A DNA stretch of 63,320 nt, the filler included, from Folioceros fuciformis (lineage: Eukaryota), in the NCBI GenBank assembly GCA_049999805.1. It is 8 parts of 8 records of this genome, joined end to end, with 100 filler letters (N's around TTAATTAATTAA, not from the genome) between each part and the next. Parts side by side here need not be neighbours in the genome. Positions count along the whole stretch, not along the records: positions 1 to 16,850 come from JBNGIO010003235.1; 7 more parts are not named here. One strand, written 5' to 3'. The notes beneath the pieces are model-generated. The model did not search any database. It was not told the origin of the DNA and saw only the letters and a list, made by a program, of their open reading frames with translations. Positions 1-11,400 of this stretch are shown one piece after another. Position numbers and translations under genes: made by a program. Each line of letters opens with the position of its first letter. Position 1 is the stretch's first letter.

Positions 1-97
1 CCACTCTTATAACCAAACCCACTATTTCCTGGTCAATTAACCCAATTAGCACAAAGCAAAATAGGAAAAATAACCAGAAAATCAAGGAAAATTAGGA

Positions 98-185
98 AAA
101 ATAAGTTGAAAAAGAAAACCAAACCATACCACTATTAACCCTTTTTCAACCAAAACAAACTACTACCCCAAACTTTGGAGGTTCA
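98..185. repeat. 88-bp dispersed repeat, exact reverse complement of 46721-46808; probable terminus of a young element
   Basis: Direct comparison; both copies stop at the same ...GGAGGTTCA / TGAACCTCC... boundary. Confidence 0.85.
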
Positions 186-276
186 CACCTAGTGTGAAAA
201 CGTGGATATGGTTGACATACTGTCACACCAAATATGTGTGGCTCCTGACTATTGTAATTGAGCTAAATGTTAGGAA

Positions 277-500
277 CTAGCTCTTCCACTCTAACTCTTT
301 GCACGTGTATATTAGGGCTTTATACTCAACTTTGGTGGAGGACATGGCCAGCAAAGTTTGCTTTTTATAAGACCAATTAATAGCCCCACTAGCCAACAAG
401 GAAACATAAGCAGATAGACTGCGCCCAAAGTCAAAGTGTGAAGCCCAGTTGGCATCCACAAAACCAATGAGTGTAAAGTTCTTGTTATCTAATACTTTAT
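277..500 (-). mobile_element. Ty1/Copia RNase H fragment
   Basis: GFVDANWAS...SLSAYV...GAINWSYKKQTLLAMSSTKVEYKAL. Confidence 0.9.
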
Positions 501-1889
501 AATGAAGACAATTAGAAGGGTTTAACAAACCACATTGGTTTGCAACCAACCAGGTTTGTCAATTAGGGCAGTAGATGTTATAGCTAGTTAGCTAGTTAGG
601 CAAAGGGACACACCATTGCATCTATAGCCTATATAAGGACCACCATCCTACACTCTTGATTTAACCTTTTATAAATAATAATAGAATTACAAAATTCACT
701 TCCGCATGCTTTTTTGAACTTGGTGTCATAGCCTTCATGGCTCATACCATGGTTCTTAGTATTAATTGCCATGATAAGTTAGACATGAGATCACTCTGAG
801 TGCTATCTCATGTTTATCGGTAAACCTAGGTTTGAATGTAGTGTTCAATAGTGATAGACGAAGGGCATAGACAAAGGATAGAAACTTATCCTTTCCTCTA
901 TATTAAAATTAATTAAGGGAGATTCATTGGGGCACATAAAACATAGGTATTTAAGCATGGCCTTGAGCCAGGGGGAAGGCATTCTACTTTGCCTTTCCCC
1001 ACACCTTGCTTACCTTTCAAAATGCATTTCTTCGATCCCAACAAATCTTGGATTTCTACACTACTATGGCAAAAAATCACTACAATATTGTGTACTCACG
1101 GCGCTTTGGTGATGAATATGAGTGTGCTCAAGGTCGAACCTCTCAATAGGGACACCACCAGGTTGTTGGGAGGCAGGGTGTACTTATCGACATTCAATCC
1201 CCTGGCGATAATTTCCTAAAAGCCTTGATTTAGGCTTTGGAGAGAAGAGGATGGTCTTCCCTCACACATGCTACTCTCAACTAGTGTGAACAAGGTTATG
1301 ATCATCGATTGTCTAAACCCAACAGCCATGAACATAGGAGATTGCAAGAACGTGCTCACTTGGAGACAACACACCCTCTTCCTCCAGATTCGGGCCACAA
1401 ATCAAGAACCATAAAGTTTCAAGCACATCTCGTGAAGAAAATCAGCTAAGCTTAACCATATCTTTGGGAAATCTTGAAGTAGAGGACAACGATGATGATC
1501 TAACTCCATCAGCAATCTCCCAATTTAAGGATCAATCTCAACTTATTGGATACCATACCACACTGAGCATCAACGGCGACTCAATTCCCAGCTTCCATTT
1601 CTCTCAGGATGGATCCTTGTCTTGACAATCTTTGCTTCAAGCAAGGCTAGGTGTGGAGGTTGAGAACGGTGCACGCAGGCGTGCTTCAATCCAAGAACAT
1701 GAAGCTGGTGTGTGAGCTGGAGGACAATACCTTCTGCTCTTAATATATTTGTGCTATTCTTAGCCTTGTGTCACAACACATTGCTCGCTTAACCTTGTTT
1801 TGAAGAAATAGATTATATATATATATATATATGTTAGGAACAAGCACTCCTTTAACAACGACCTCTCTTACTATGGCACCAAGTATGAG

Positions 1890-2548
1890 ATTTGGTCCAA
1901 AAGGATGAAGACAACTTTAAATACACGTGTTCTTCTCCTCTTGTAGAGGGAACTCTCCCTAAACCCACCGGTCCTCAGTTGGCTATCGATGCCTGGTTGA
2001 AGCTAGATCGTCAAGCAATGCACATGCTATTGTTAGTTCTTGACGAAACACTCTCCATCATATTGACATGCACCTTAACTATCACTAAAGCCTAAAAGTA
2101 GATCAATGACATTTATCAATCAACCAATGTCATGACCATGGTCACTGTTTGTCAAGAGTTCTACACTCTTCGGATGCAACCAAGAGATAGTATTGCTCAT
2201 CATATGAGCCGGTTTTGGTACAAGAGATAGTATTGCTCATCATATGAGCCGGTTTTGGTACAAGAGATAGTATTGCTCATCATATGAGCCGGTTTTGGTA
2301 CCTTTGGGCACAACTTGCTGCACTTGGGACTACTACGTCTGAGTTTCGTTCTGTTGTACAAATTCTAGCTAGCCTTCCGGCTAGCTATTAGTCGTTTGTT
2401 TATTCTCAAAACCAGACTATCTGGACGTCTCAATAAGTTGTGGCTGTTGGTGGTCGATCCACCTTAATAGTGTTTGAGCTTGCAAGTGCCCTTCTTCAAG
2501 AGGAAGCCTCCCAATACAACTTTGGCATGTCCAAACATGGTGGAGAGC
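1890..2548 (+). mobile_element. Degenerate Ty1/Copia gag (5' part); interrupted by the giant solo LTR and resuming at ~7315-7570
   Basis: UBN2/gag-like translation (..QEFYTLRMQPRDSIAHHMSRF..QILASLPASY..); CCHC knuckle CNWC*TLGHWEREC at ~7458-7500 beyond the insertion. Confidence 0.75.
2181..2300 (+). repeat. Perfect tandem repeat, 3 x 40 bp
   Basis: CAAGAGATAGTATTGCTCATCATATGAGCCGGTTTTGGTA at 2181, 2221 and 2261. Confidence 0.97.
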
Positions 2549-3395
2549 TGTGAAGGAAAATATTGTACCCGAGGGTACTGCGAGGTCCACACAAACCCTC
2601 TATGCCGTTGTAGCCGTAGGATTCGCTCCCAAGGGAATGATTTGAGCCAAATAACACAAGTTTCTTCTAAAAGTCGGTTCTAACCTAAGTTCATGCTTCA
2701 CCTACCCCTAGTTCCTCTACCTACAGGTTCCACTACCACTACCCTCTAGTGGCCTGGCTTCCACATCCCAACTTTACAACTCCCAAACTAGTTCCACCAC
2801 CGAGGTAAGGGTCTCTACAACTATTGGTTCTTCTACGACGGGTAGGGGCCTCCACAATCGGTAGCAGGTTCCACTTCCAGGGTGGGTCCCACCTCAGATT
2901 CCTAATTAACACATGTCGTTTCATATATTTCCCGGGTTTTGCTCGGGGTTTCCAAGTAGCAAGTCGAGGTTACTTACACCCCACAGGAACACACTCAAAC
3001 AATCTTGCTCCACAGGTGTTCGCACTCCACGCCAACATCCGCACAGTGCTTCAACACATACCCAGTCCGACCATACAGATTTACCTCGCGGTCGCCCTCA
3101 CTCCCAGTGACCGTTGCACTCCTTCAGCAGTCTTTGGACTTAGAACAATACTCCCGCAACTCACGTCCTCACAGCACAACTAGACCGCGTCCGTTCATAC
3201 AGACACCTTCATAACCACACTTAGCAACCACAACTCCTCAGACAGTTTTCTCACGGCGTCTCTTACCACAGATTCAGCAACATCTCCAAACACACTTACA
3301 AAGATCCTTCAGTATCTCCTCCATGACTTCATCACCACTCCAGCCCTCTCTTAGACACACAATGTTCACAACACGCTCACTCGCAGGCAATAGTT

Positions 3396-4050
3396 CGGGA
3401 AGTAAGGGAAGAAGAAACACTCCCTCCTCTCCGCCGTTGGTAGATTCGCCTCCCTCCTTGCAGACACCGCGGTCTCGCTCCTCCCCATCTCAACTCACAC
3501 ACTCATTCGATTCCTCAGCACCTTCTCATTCATCCATCTCTTAATCTCCCACTTACAGCACCACTCACATTGGTGATTAGCAGGTCGGGAAGTAAGGGAA
3601 GGAGAGTCACTCCTTCCACCCCGCAACCAGCGGATTCGCCTCCCTTCCTGCAGGCACCGCAAACTCGTCTCTTCTCTCTCGTTCTCCGCACTCACTCACT
3701 CATACTCTTCACTCGCTCAACTCTCCGACACTCACTTACACCGCCGTTATTAGCTCCAGGTTTACAGCCAACAGTCGGGAAATAAGGGTGGGGCGAGTTC
3801 TCCCTCCACTCCGTGGTTAGCAGATTCATCTCCCTCCCACGACTTCCACCCACAGCCCTTCTCCTCTCAACACACTTCTCCTGTCATTAATTTAAGTGTG
3901 GTCGGGCCGTCAGGGAATAAGGGAAGCGAGTACCACGTCCACTCCGCAGTCGGTGGATTTGTCCTCTTTCGCTCCCACCGCGACACACAACGGGATGGAA
4001 CCGGGAATAGCAGGGAAGTCGCCTTCCACTCGGTGAGGATTCTCCTCCCG
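3396..4050 (-). repeat. Array of ~59-nt two-hairpin repeats with unique spacers inside the giant LTR
   Basis: Units at ~3396, 3586, 3776, 3911 and a divergent one at ~4002; + strand consensus CGGGAA(G/A)TAAG-stem-AC-TCCGC-N5-GCGGA-TTC-G(C/T)CTCCC. Confidence 0.85.
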
Positions 4051-4399
4051 ATTTGTCCTCGAAACCTCCTTGTCGCGGAGCAACGAAACCGCAATGCCAC
4101 CACCCAGAAACGCTGCGCGCACTCGCCTGCCAAGATCTCCCTATCCGGCAGCGGTCGTCGCCAAGCTCCCTCGAGTTTGGAATGTCGATTTTTTTCTACT
4201 TTGTGAGGCGCCAACAAGCCTCTTGTACACGATGGTGGTGGGTCCACAGCCGCCATTAAGTTTGGTCCACGGACAAGACGCGCTCTTAATTACAAGCGGC
4301 ATCAGGTCCAAGAAAAAGCATCACCTCAAGATTCTATAGGATTCCATCCTAGGATGCAATTACTATCGTCTATCTTTATCGCCGCGCTTGCCTTCCATC

Positions 4400-6949
4400 C
4401 GGCCGTCTCACTCTTCCTCCCGCCTGCCAACCTCTGGCTCTCCTCCCTCGCTGTTGGTCATGCAGATCCTCCCAAAGGATCTCCACCTCACCACTGCTGC
4501 TGCTTGACCCTTCCAGTGGCGGCGTAGGTGGGTCCCGTCACGGGGGACTCTTCTTCTTCCGTTGCCTGTTGCTGAGGATTAACACTTGCTCCCATTCAAC
4601 CCACGCTTGTGCCTCCTCCTCCGTCAGCTTTTCCAAGACTGCCTCTAAATAGTAGGGAGGCAGTCCCCACACTCGGCAACAGTGGTAGAAGGACCCCCTG
4701 CGGGTCCTTAGCTGCAAGCAATAGCCCCTTGTTCCTCTTAATCCCACGCACATATACAGTCAATTTTAGCACACGGGCTCCATCCACATAAAGGCCAAGA
4801 ACATAAGTGGCCTCATCCTGATATTGCAACACAATTTGATCCTCCGTTGCAAATGAAGTGCTTACCCCCTCCTCCCGTGGGCTACTCCGGACTGTTTGCC
4901 CTTTGCTTTCCAATGGCACTGGAGGATCTTCCATCCCCCCAGCTGCTGCTCCGTCCTCCTGGTGCGAGTTGCCCTTCCAGACCTGCAAGTTGCAGGCTCC
5001 TCGACGGTTGCTTCTTCCACTACCTTGGTCGAGCTCTCCTCTACGGGCGTGGTCTCTCTCCGACCGATAGCTTCTTCAGCTACTTTCATTGCAGCTCGGC
5101 TACTTGGCCTGGCTCTACCCTTCCCTTTCACTCTGCTTCGGGCTTCGTCCCGTTCCCGCTTGTACCTGTCCGCCAACTTTTGCACTCTCTCCACAGCAGT
5201 CGCTTCCTATTCGTGGGCCTTCAATAATTCTTGTTGCATCTCCTGGTTAGTCCCATGGGCCTCTCTCACTTGAACTAGGATCGACTCCTGTTGCTCCTTC
5301 AGCGTCTGCACCTCCTCTCGAGCTTGGCAGCCTTCCTCCTCTGCTTGCTCCTTGGCCGCGCTCAGGGTCCGCCGGATTTCTTCCAGGTGCTGCCGACTTG
5401 CTTCGGCCTCAACCAATTTCTCCTGTGCTTCTGCCTCCTTCTGCCCTTGCATACTTAACCAGGTCAGTGCCCTGGCAGCCTGGTCCAACATGTCCACTTG
5501 AGCCTGCACCATCGCCGTAGTCAGTCATGGCAAGTCCACTCGCTGTGTCTCAACCCCAGAAGCCATCCTCCTGTCCAAGATCTGCCTTCCTAGCAATGCA
5601 CGAACTCTGTCCAGATCCTCCGCCTGCAGCCTAGTCACCAGAGGGATACCCCTGAAAATTCCTTCTCATCCTGGAAAGGGTTCCTGCTCTTGAACTTGCC
5701 CTAACTCGCCCACCACCTCAGCCGGGCCCGCTTCCACTTTTGGCACCTTCTCCTGAGGTGCCTCTGACTCCTTTTCAGTTTGCTCCTGGACGACCTCCTG
5801 TTGCGCCGACTCGCTCGTTTTCTTGGTGACCCGCCTGCCAATCGTCCTTCTCTTGGCATGAGTCCTTCGGCCTATTCCCGCCTTCCTCTTCCTACTGGTC
5901 GGGGTTTCCTCTTCTGAGCTCTCTGTGGCCCCTGACTCCCAACTGCTGGAGTTGACTTCATCCTTTGGCTCCTCCGGCTTCCACATGTGCAGCAAGGCAA
6001 TGACTTCAAGTTCAGGCTCCTGTTAGCTTGACAATACAAACGAAAGAGGAACGGAGAGATCATGGACGGTTGGGGAGAGGGGGAGGCCAGGTTCTACCTC
6101 TCCTCACTCAGCCTATCATACAAAATCCTTCCCCAAGCGACCCGACTGCTCTTGACCACCTTGTGCAAAAACAACAACATATGGTTAGAGAGGTAGTCCC
6201 GCTTCCGATTCTACAGGAAGCACAGGAGCCACCTCGCCAGCCCCATCAGCTGGGCAATCGCCATTTCTCTGGCCAACCATCTGTTGGCCTCTCCCGATTC
6301 CTGCCTTGAACAAGGCCGCCGCCGCTGCTGCAGTGCTGCGCTTCTTTAGCGACTCGAGGATGAGTCCTCCTTCCTCCTCCTGACTGCGCCCAAACACCTT
6401 CCGCACCAACTCCATGCTCCATTCCTGAGGATTGCCTTGGATTCCGTCCTCCTTTGCTGGGCTCCTCAGTCGCTGAGCGCATTCATGCACCAAGCCAGAA
6501 GCTGCGTGGTTCCAATGCTGGGTCATGAACCCGAGGCCTAGCTCTTCCACCAGCCCTCCGGCTCTTACCCGCTAGTGCTCCATGTTTGGCCAGAAGGCCA
6601 CCTTGACCCTCAGCATAGGAGCTTGCTCCCTCTCTCTGGCCACTTCCGCCGACGCCAACTGCGCAGCGCTTCTCTCCCACTTCATCTCGCCCTGTCTCTT
6701 CTTTGCTCCACCTGACTCCGCTGGTTTGGTCGTCCTCTACGTTGCCTCCGCCTCGCTTAGCCGCTATTGCCCCCGCTTGCTCGTTGCCGAGGTTGCGCTC
6801 TCCGCTCCACTTCCGCTCCCCAACTCCTCAATTGGGCTTCTTTTCGAAATCGCATCTGGACCCTTCTGCCTCTTACTTAGGGTTTTATACTTGTCGGGTC
6901 GTCCTGATTCCGCCACCGCCTAGAGCACTATTGCCGGTTGCCCTTCCAT
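4400..6949 (-). pseudogene. Decayed long ORF of unknown function (charged/coiled-coil) inside the giant LTR
   Basis: Collinear ORF pieces 6185-6550, 5666-5995, 5207-5512, 4862-5194 and 4596-4988; homologous peptides at ~50365-51982 (+), 54381-54830 (-) and 13631-13936 (-); 3' limit approximate. Confidence 0.65.
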
Positions 6950-7570
6950 GACGGTGGTTCACCTTCCACCACCGTTGCTGAGTCACGACATCCCTATTTT
7001 CTAGCCTAAGTCCACAACCTGCCTACTCTAAGGACCATTTCTTATTTCTAATATTTAGGGGGCGAGTCTGCATATATAGACTTCCTAGTGTCCCTTCCAC
7101 TACCAAATGCCAAGGACTACCCAGCCACCCTAGACACCTGGTCCGACTACTGGTTCACCCCAACCCTTCATGGTTCAAGGAGACCTTGGGTATAAATACC
7201 CCTGTCTTATTCTCAACCTAAGCCGTTTCCTTCACACTGTCACAAAAAAATCAAAGTCCACTCAATCTGTCACTCAAAAAGGGGTTTGCGCATATTTTTT
7301 TCCTCTAAAAGAGCCTATGATGTTTGTGACTTCTGGCTGGTGTCAACGTCAGTAACAAAAGAGAGGGAATAACCCCTGAAGGACATCACACTCCGGTCCT
7401 TCCAAGCTTGCTCCTCCTACCTCTCCCAATTCCAAGACCACCAAGTGTCAAGGGATGTGTAATTGGTGTTAGACACTTGGCCATTGGGAACGAGAGTGTA
7501 GGAACAAGCAAGACGATGAGGCCAAATGGGAGCCTACGACAGCTAATACAGTTGTTGTCTCCATAGCTAA

Positions 7571-7747
7571 TGTTAAATACATTACTTTGACCTAAGTAGA
7601 TATTGCTACCACTTAGGGTTAGTGCTAGTTATATACCGTTTCATTTTCTCGCTTCATATACTTTAGTTGTTTTCATTTTACCTTTGTGATATGATGCGCT
7701 TAAGGCCGTATGCGTGTTGATCACAAATCTCAACATGGTATAAGAGC
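7571..7747 (+). mobile_element. Copia 5' LTR (7571-7735) plus tRNA-iMet-type PBS (7736-7747)
   Basis: TGTTAA...TCAACA followed by TGGTATAAGAGC (canonical TGGTATCAGAGC). Confidence 0.8.
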
Positions 7748-7946
7748 TCAGGCTCTGGTTCCTCCTAAAAAATTTAATTTGCAATCTCTAGTTCTATGGA
7801 TAATAAGAAATCCCAATATAATAAGAAATCCCAATGTTTCTTTATTGGGTTCTTCATGTAAGTTCTAATGATTAGGAGGCACAATACCTCGCAAATCAGG
7901 CTTCAGGGATGCATGGTCCGACTCTGCCAAATTTGGCAGGTCAAGG

Positions 7947-8429
7947 TTGTCGGATCCCCGTGATCTGTTGAAATTTCAAGAGGAATTCGAACACTTGTAT
8001 TTCAAAAAAACAATTACACCAAACGAACAGCATGAGCGTGTTCGGTTCTTGAAATCTTTTATTGACTTCTATAATCCAGGTCCTCCTGGCCTTGAGTCCT
8101 CCACGTCTGTCAACATATCAAATAGGTTAGATAGAGTCAGTTGTTTAGCAAGTTACATTCCCGAATCTGTAAATTGTCCTCCCTATCACTCACCTCTAGA
8201 CCTTGAAAATTTTGATGCTATCTTGAACTCTCTCTTTATCATCAAATCTTCTATCCTTGAGTCTTCCAAAAGATTAGACAGTCTTTCTTCTTGTATAGAT
8301 GGTTTAGAGAATCAAAAGGGGTCAGATTCTTCATCATTGGTAGGCATAGAATTAGAGGTAAAAAAACACTTCAAAGAGATCACATACCTCAAGGAGCAGA
8401 TTGCTACCTTGAGTGTTCAATCCTCCTAG
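7947..8429 (+). CDS. 160-aa ORF of unknown function between Copia PBS and gag
   Basis: Open frame with a coiled-coil-like C-terminus; no recognisable domain; near-cognate TTG start. Confidence 0.4.
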   Translation: MSDPRDLLKFQEEFEHLYFKKTITPNEQHERVRFLKSFIDFYNPGPPGLESSTSVNISNRLDRVSCLASYIPESVNCPPYHSPLDLENFDAILNSLFIIKSSILESSKRLDSLSSCIDGLENQKGSDSSSLVGIELEVKKHFKEITYLKEQIATLSVQSS

Positions 8430-8452
8430 TTTCCTAACACATTGCAGGCACC

Positions 8453-11400
8453 ATGGCAGCGGGAGCGGCTGATTCATCTACATATTGACTTCAAGAGAAA
8501 GGCCGTCTTACCTCTGCAAACTTTGATGCCTAGAGTTTTAGGGTTAGGACAATTCTGGAGGAGAAGCTCTTGATGGATGTGACGGATGGAAGTGTTCCCC
8601 AATGAGTTGCTGGACAGCCCTTTGGCAGGTTGTCCCCTGGTGGCAGCTCTATACCATGGACAATTAAAGATGAATCAAAGTGGAATCATAAAGAAAGAAA
8701 AGCAAAGACAATTCTGATCTCTTTTGTGTCACATGAAATGATCCTACACATCAAGCTAACAAAACATGTACATGAAGTGTGGTTATTATTTTCAAACACC
8801 TACGAAGCTAATCACGTGATGACGGAAGTTGCTGCAACACTTAACTTCCAAAACTTGCACATAAGAGACTGATTTTGTCGAAGCACATGTTGCCAAGTTT
8901 CGAGCTGCAAGAGCTAAGCTTGCTTCGTGTGGTGTTATAATTACTGAGTCCAAGGCAGCCATTCAGTTATTGGCATCTGTCATGCTGTTGCTGTATGGGA
9001 AACAGAGCACCTAAGACTCTATGACTGGATACTGACTAGAGCATCCTGGGCATAAGCCCTGAATGCTGAAATGACTAGATACTGACTGGAGCATCTCGGG
9101 CATAAGCCCTGATGCTGAAGTGCTTGATGATGTCATGTACATGGCCCATGGATGGCCTGCACATGACATGTATGCCATATATGCATGTGTGCCATGTATG
9201 CATGCATATGGAGATGAAGGATGATATGTGATGTATGTGGACATGTGGCAGGTGATGTGTCATGGCGCATGCAACCTATATGCATGGTTGTGCATGAAAG
9301 GCGCGGTGCTATGCCGCATATATAGATAGCAGATTTATATTAGAAGATATTAGAAAATACATAAAAATCATAAATCAAGGAAAGTAGGATTATAAAGTGC
9401 CCACCATCGATACGGGTGGACACTTCATCGAGAACTCCTGGGGGTTTTTGCCTATATATGTAGGCACCCAGCCATGGATTCTCGGATTGTTGATGTTTGT
9501 CTTGTTCCAATAGACAGCCATACTTCGTCCCTGCTGTGTCTTTGTCTCCTAGAGGTTCTTGTGGTTCGTTGCATTGCCAGGTTGGGAGAATTTTCCAGCT
9601 TGATTTCACCATGTTGACGGGTCCCGGGTCTGCCTCTCTTAGGCAAACCTAGTCTCTTTTTGTAGCCTTGCTCTTGGCCATAGGTCAAGGACAAATTAAG
9701 GCTAGGATTGTTGCTCCTGGGCCGAAGGCCAAGGAGATCGCAGGCAGGCGGAAGCTTAGTGACCTAGCTTGGTAGACAGGCTAGGTAGGCATGCAGCTAT
9801 GCGGCTGCTGCGCGACACATCCCTACCACCGAGTTATGAACAGTGGAGCTTTAGCCAACAGGCTGCAGCAATCGTTGTACCAGCCACGGCTAGTACACCT
9901 GCTACAACAAACATGATAGTGCAAAGGTTAGTTGGAGCTTTATTACAAGTGGAGGCTAACAAAAAGCACACGCATAAATCAGGGTTTAATGGAGCAGGTT
10001 CTTCCCACAGACAAACTGATACTGCTTTGTTCTCGGGACGAGGACGAGGACGAGGAGGCTTTGGACGTGGTAGAAGCCAGTCATCCAATTATGGAAACAA
10101 CACTTCTCCTCAAGGTGGGAAGAAGCCAGGCAACTGCAATTACTACAACAAGCCAGGGCATTGGATTAAAGATTGCAGGAAACAGAAAGTAGATGAGGCA
10201 TCAAAGGGAAAGCAACCTAAAGGACATATTGCGAGAGTCTTGATGCCAGGGTTGCTTGTAACTTGTCTTAACTCAGTTGCTCGTGATTCACATCGATGGT
10301 TTCTTGACAATGGAGCATCGAATCACATGTGCTCATCTCGAAAGCACTTTGTTACATATGAACGTGTTCCGACTTGCCACAAATCAGCAGTTTCGTTAGG
10401 AGATGATTTAGAAGTCCCCATCAAGGGTGTTGGAACAATCCAAATTTCCTTGAAGGATGGAGGGACTTCAAGGCTAGAGAATACCTTACATGTACCCTTG
10501 CTTGCTAAAAACTTGGTGAGCACTATGGCACTTGGTAAGACTGGCCTTTATAGAATCACCTTCAAGGGTACCTTGTGTGTGATCTCTAGGCTGAATTCTC
10601 CCTCTAGGGTCATATCTAGGGGTTCTCCCTTGTACGATCTATATCTACTGGATTTTGTTTCCCCGTCTGCATCCAAGCCACACGCAGCAAGAGCGAAGTT
10701 AACAGCAAGTAAGGCTTTTCATTGGCATTGCCGGCTTGGCCACCCCAACTAATATTAAGGCTATGCGAAGGCTACTCAAAGAAAAAAATGGTAACAGGAT
10801 TTACAACATCCGAATTACCTGACTTGGATTTGTGTGTGGCTTGTGTACATGGGAAACAGTCTAAGTCCCATTTTGGTAGTGGTAAGCCTTGCAGACCCAC
10901 AGATGTTCTTGATCTCATCCACATAGACATCTGTGGTCCCATGTCTGTCACCTCATGGGGTGGAGCTCTCGTTACGTTGTTGTATTTGAAGATGATATGT
11001 CTCATTTCACAGTAACATAGCTTCTGCAGCATAAGAGCGAGGTATTTGAGAGTTTTAAAAGGTTCTTAGCTTATGCTGAACGACAAACAGGCAAGCAGTT
11101 GAAGTGCATACGTTCAGACAATGCGAAAGAGTACCTTTCTATAGCTTTTCAGCAGTTTTGTCAGGATAAAGGGATCACTCGACAGTAAAAAATGCGCTAT
11201 CACTCTGACATGAATGGAAGGGCTGAAAGGAGACATTGTACTATATAGGATACTGCTCGTTCCTTACTCTTTCAAAAGAGGCTATCAGTACGATTTTGGG
11301 TAGAAGTAGTGCAAGTGGCTACTTATCTGCAGAATAGGATTGCCATCTCTTCTCTTCGTGGAGTGACACCGTTTGAGGCGTGGACAGGTCTCAAGCCTGA

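Larger units (their letters stand above)
2549..7309 (-). mobile_element. Giant (~4.76 kb) solo LTR of a non-chromovirus Ty3/Gypsy family
   Basis: Starts TGTGAAGGAAAATATTG and ends ATATTTTTTTCCTCTAAA (terminal inverted repeats, CA mutated); 5-bp TSD AGAGC at 2544-2548 and 7310-7314; a homologous copy begins directly after a PPT and Gypsy integrase at 49996. Confidence 0.88.

Noticed and set aside
930-1700. Possible LINE ORF1 or host-gene remnant on the minus strand
   Set aside because: Only fragmentary frames without a motif I can identify with confidence.
3396-4050. CRISPR array
   Set aside because: Repeats are ~59 nt and degenerate, spacers are up to ~130 nt, the context is a eukaryotic LTR and there are no cas genes.
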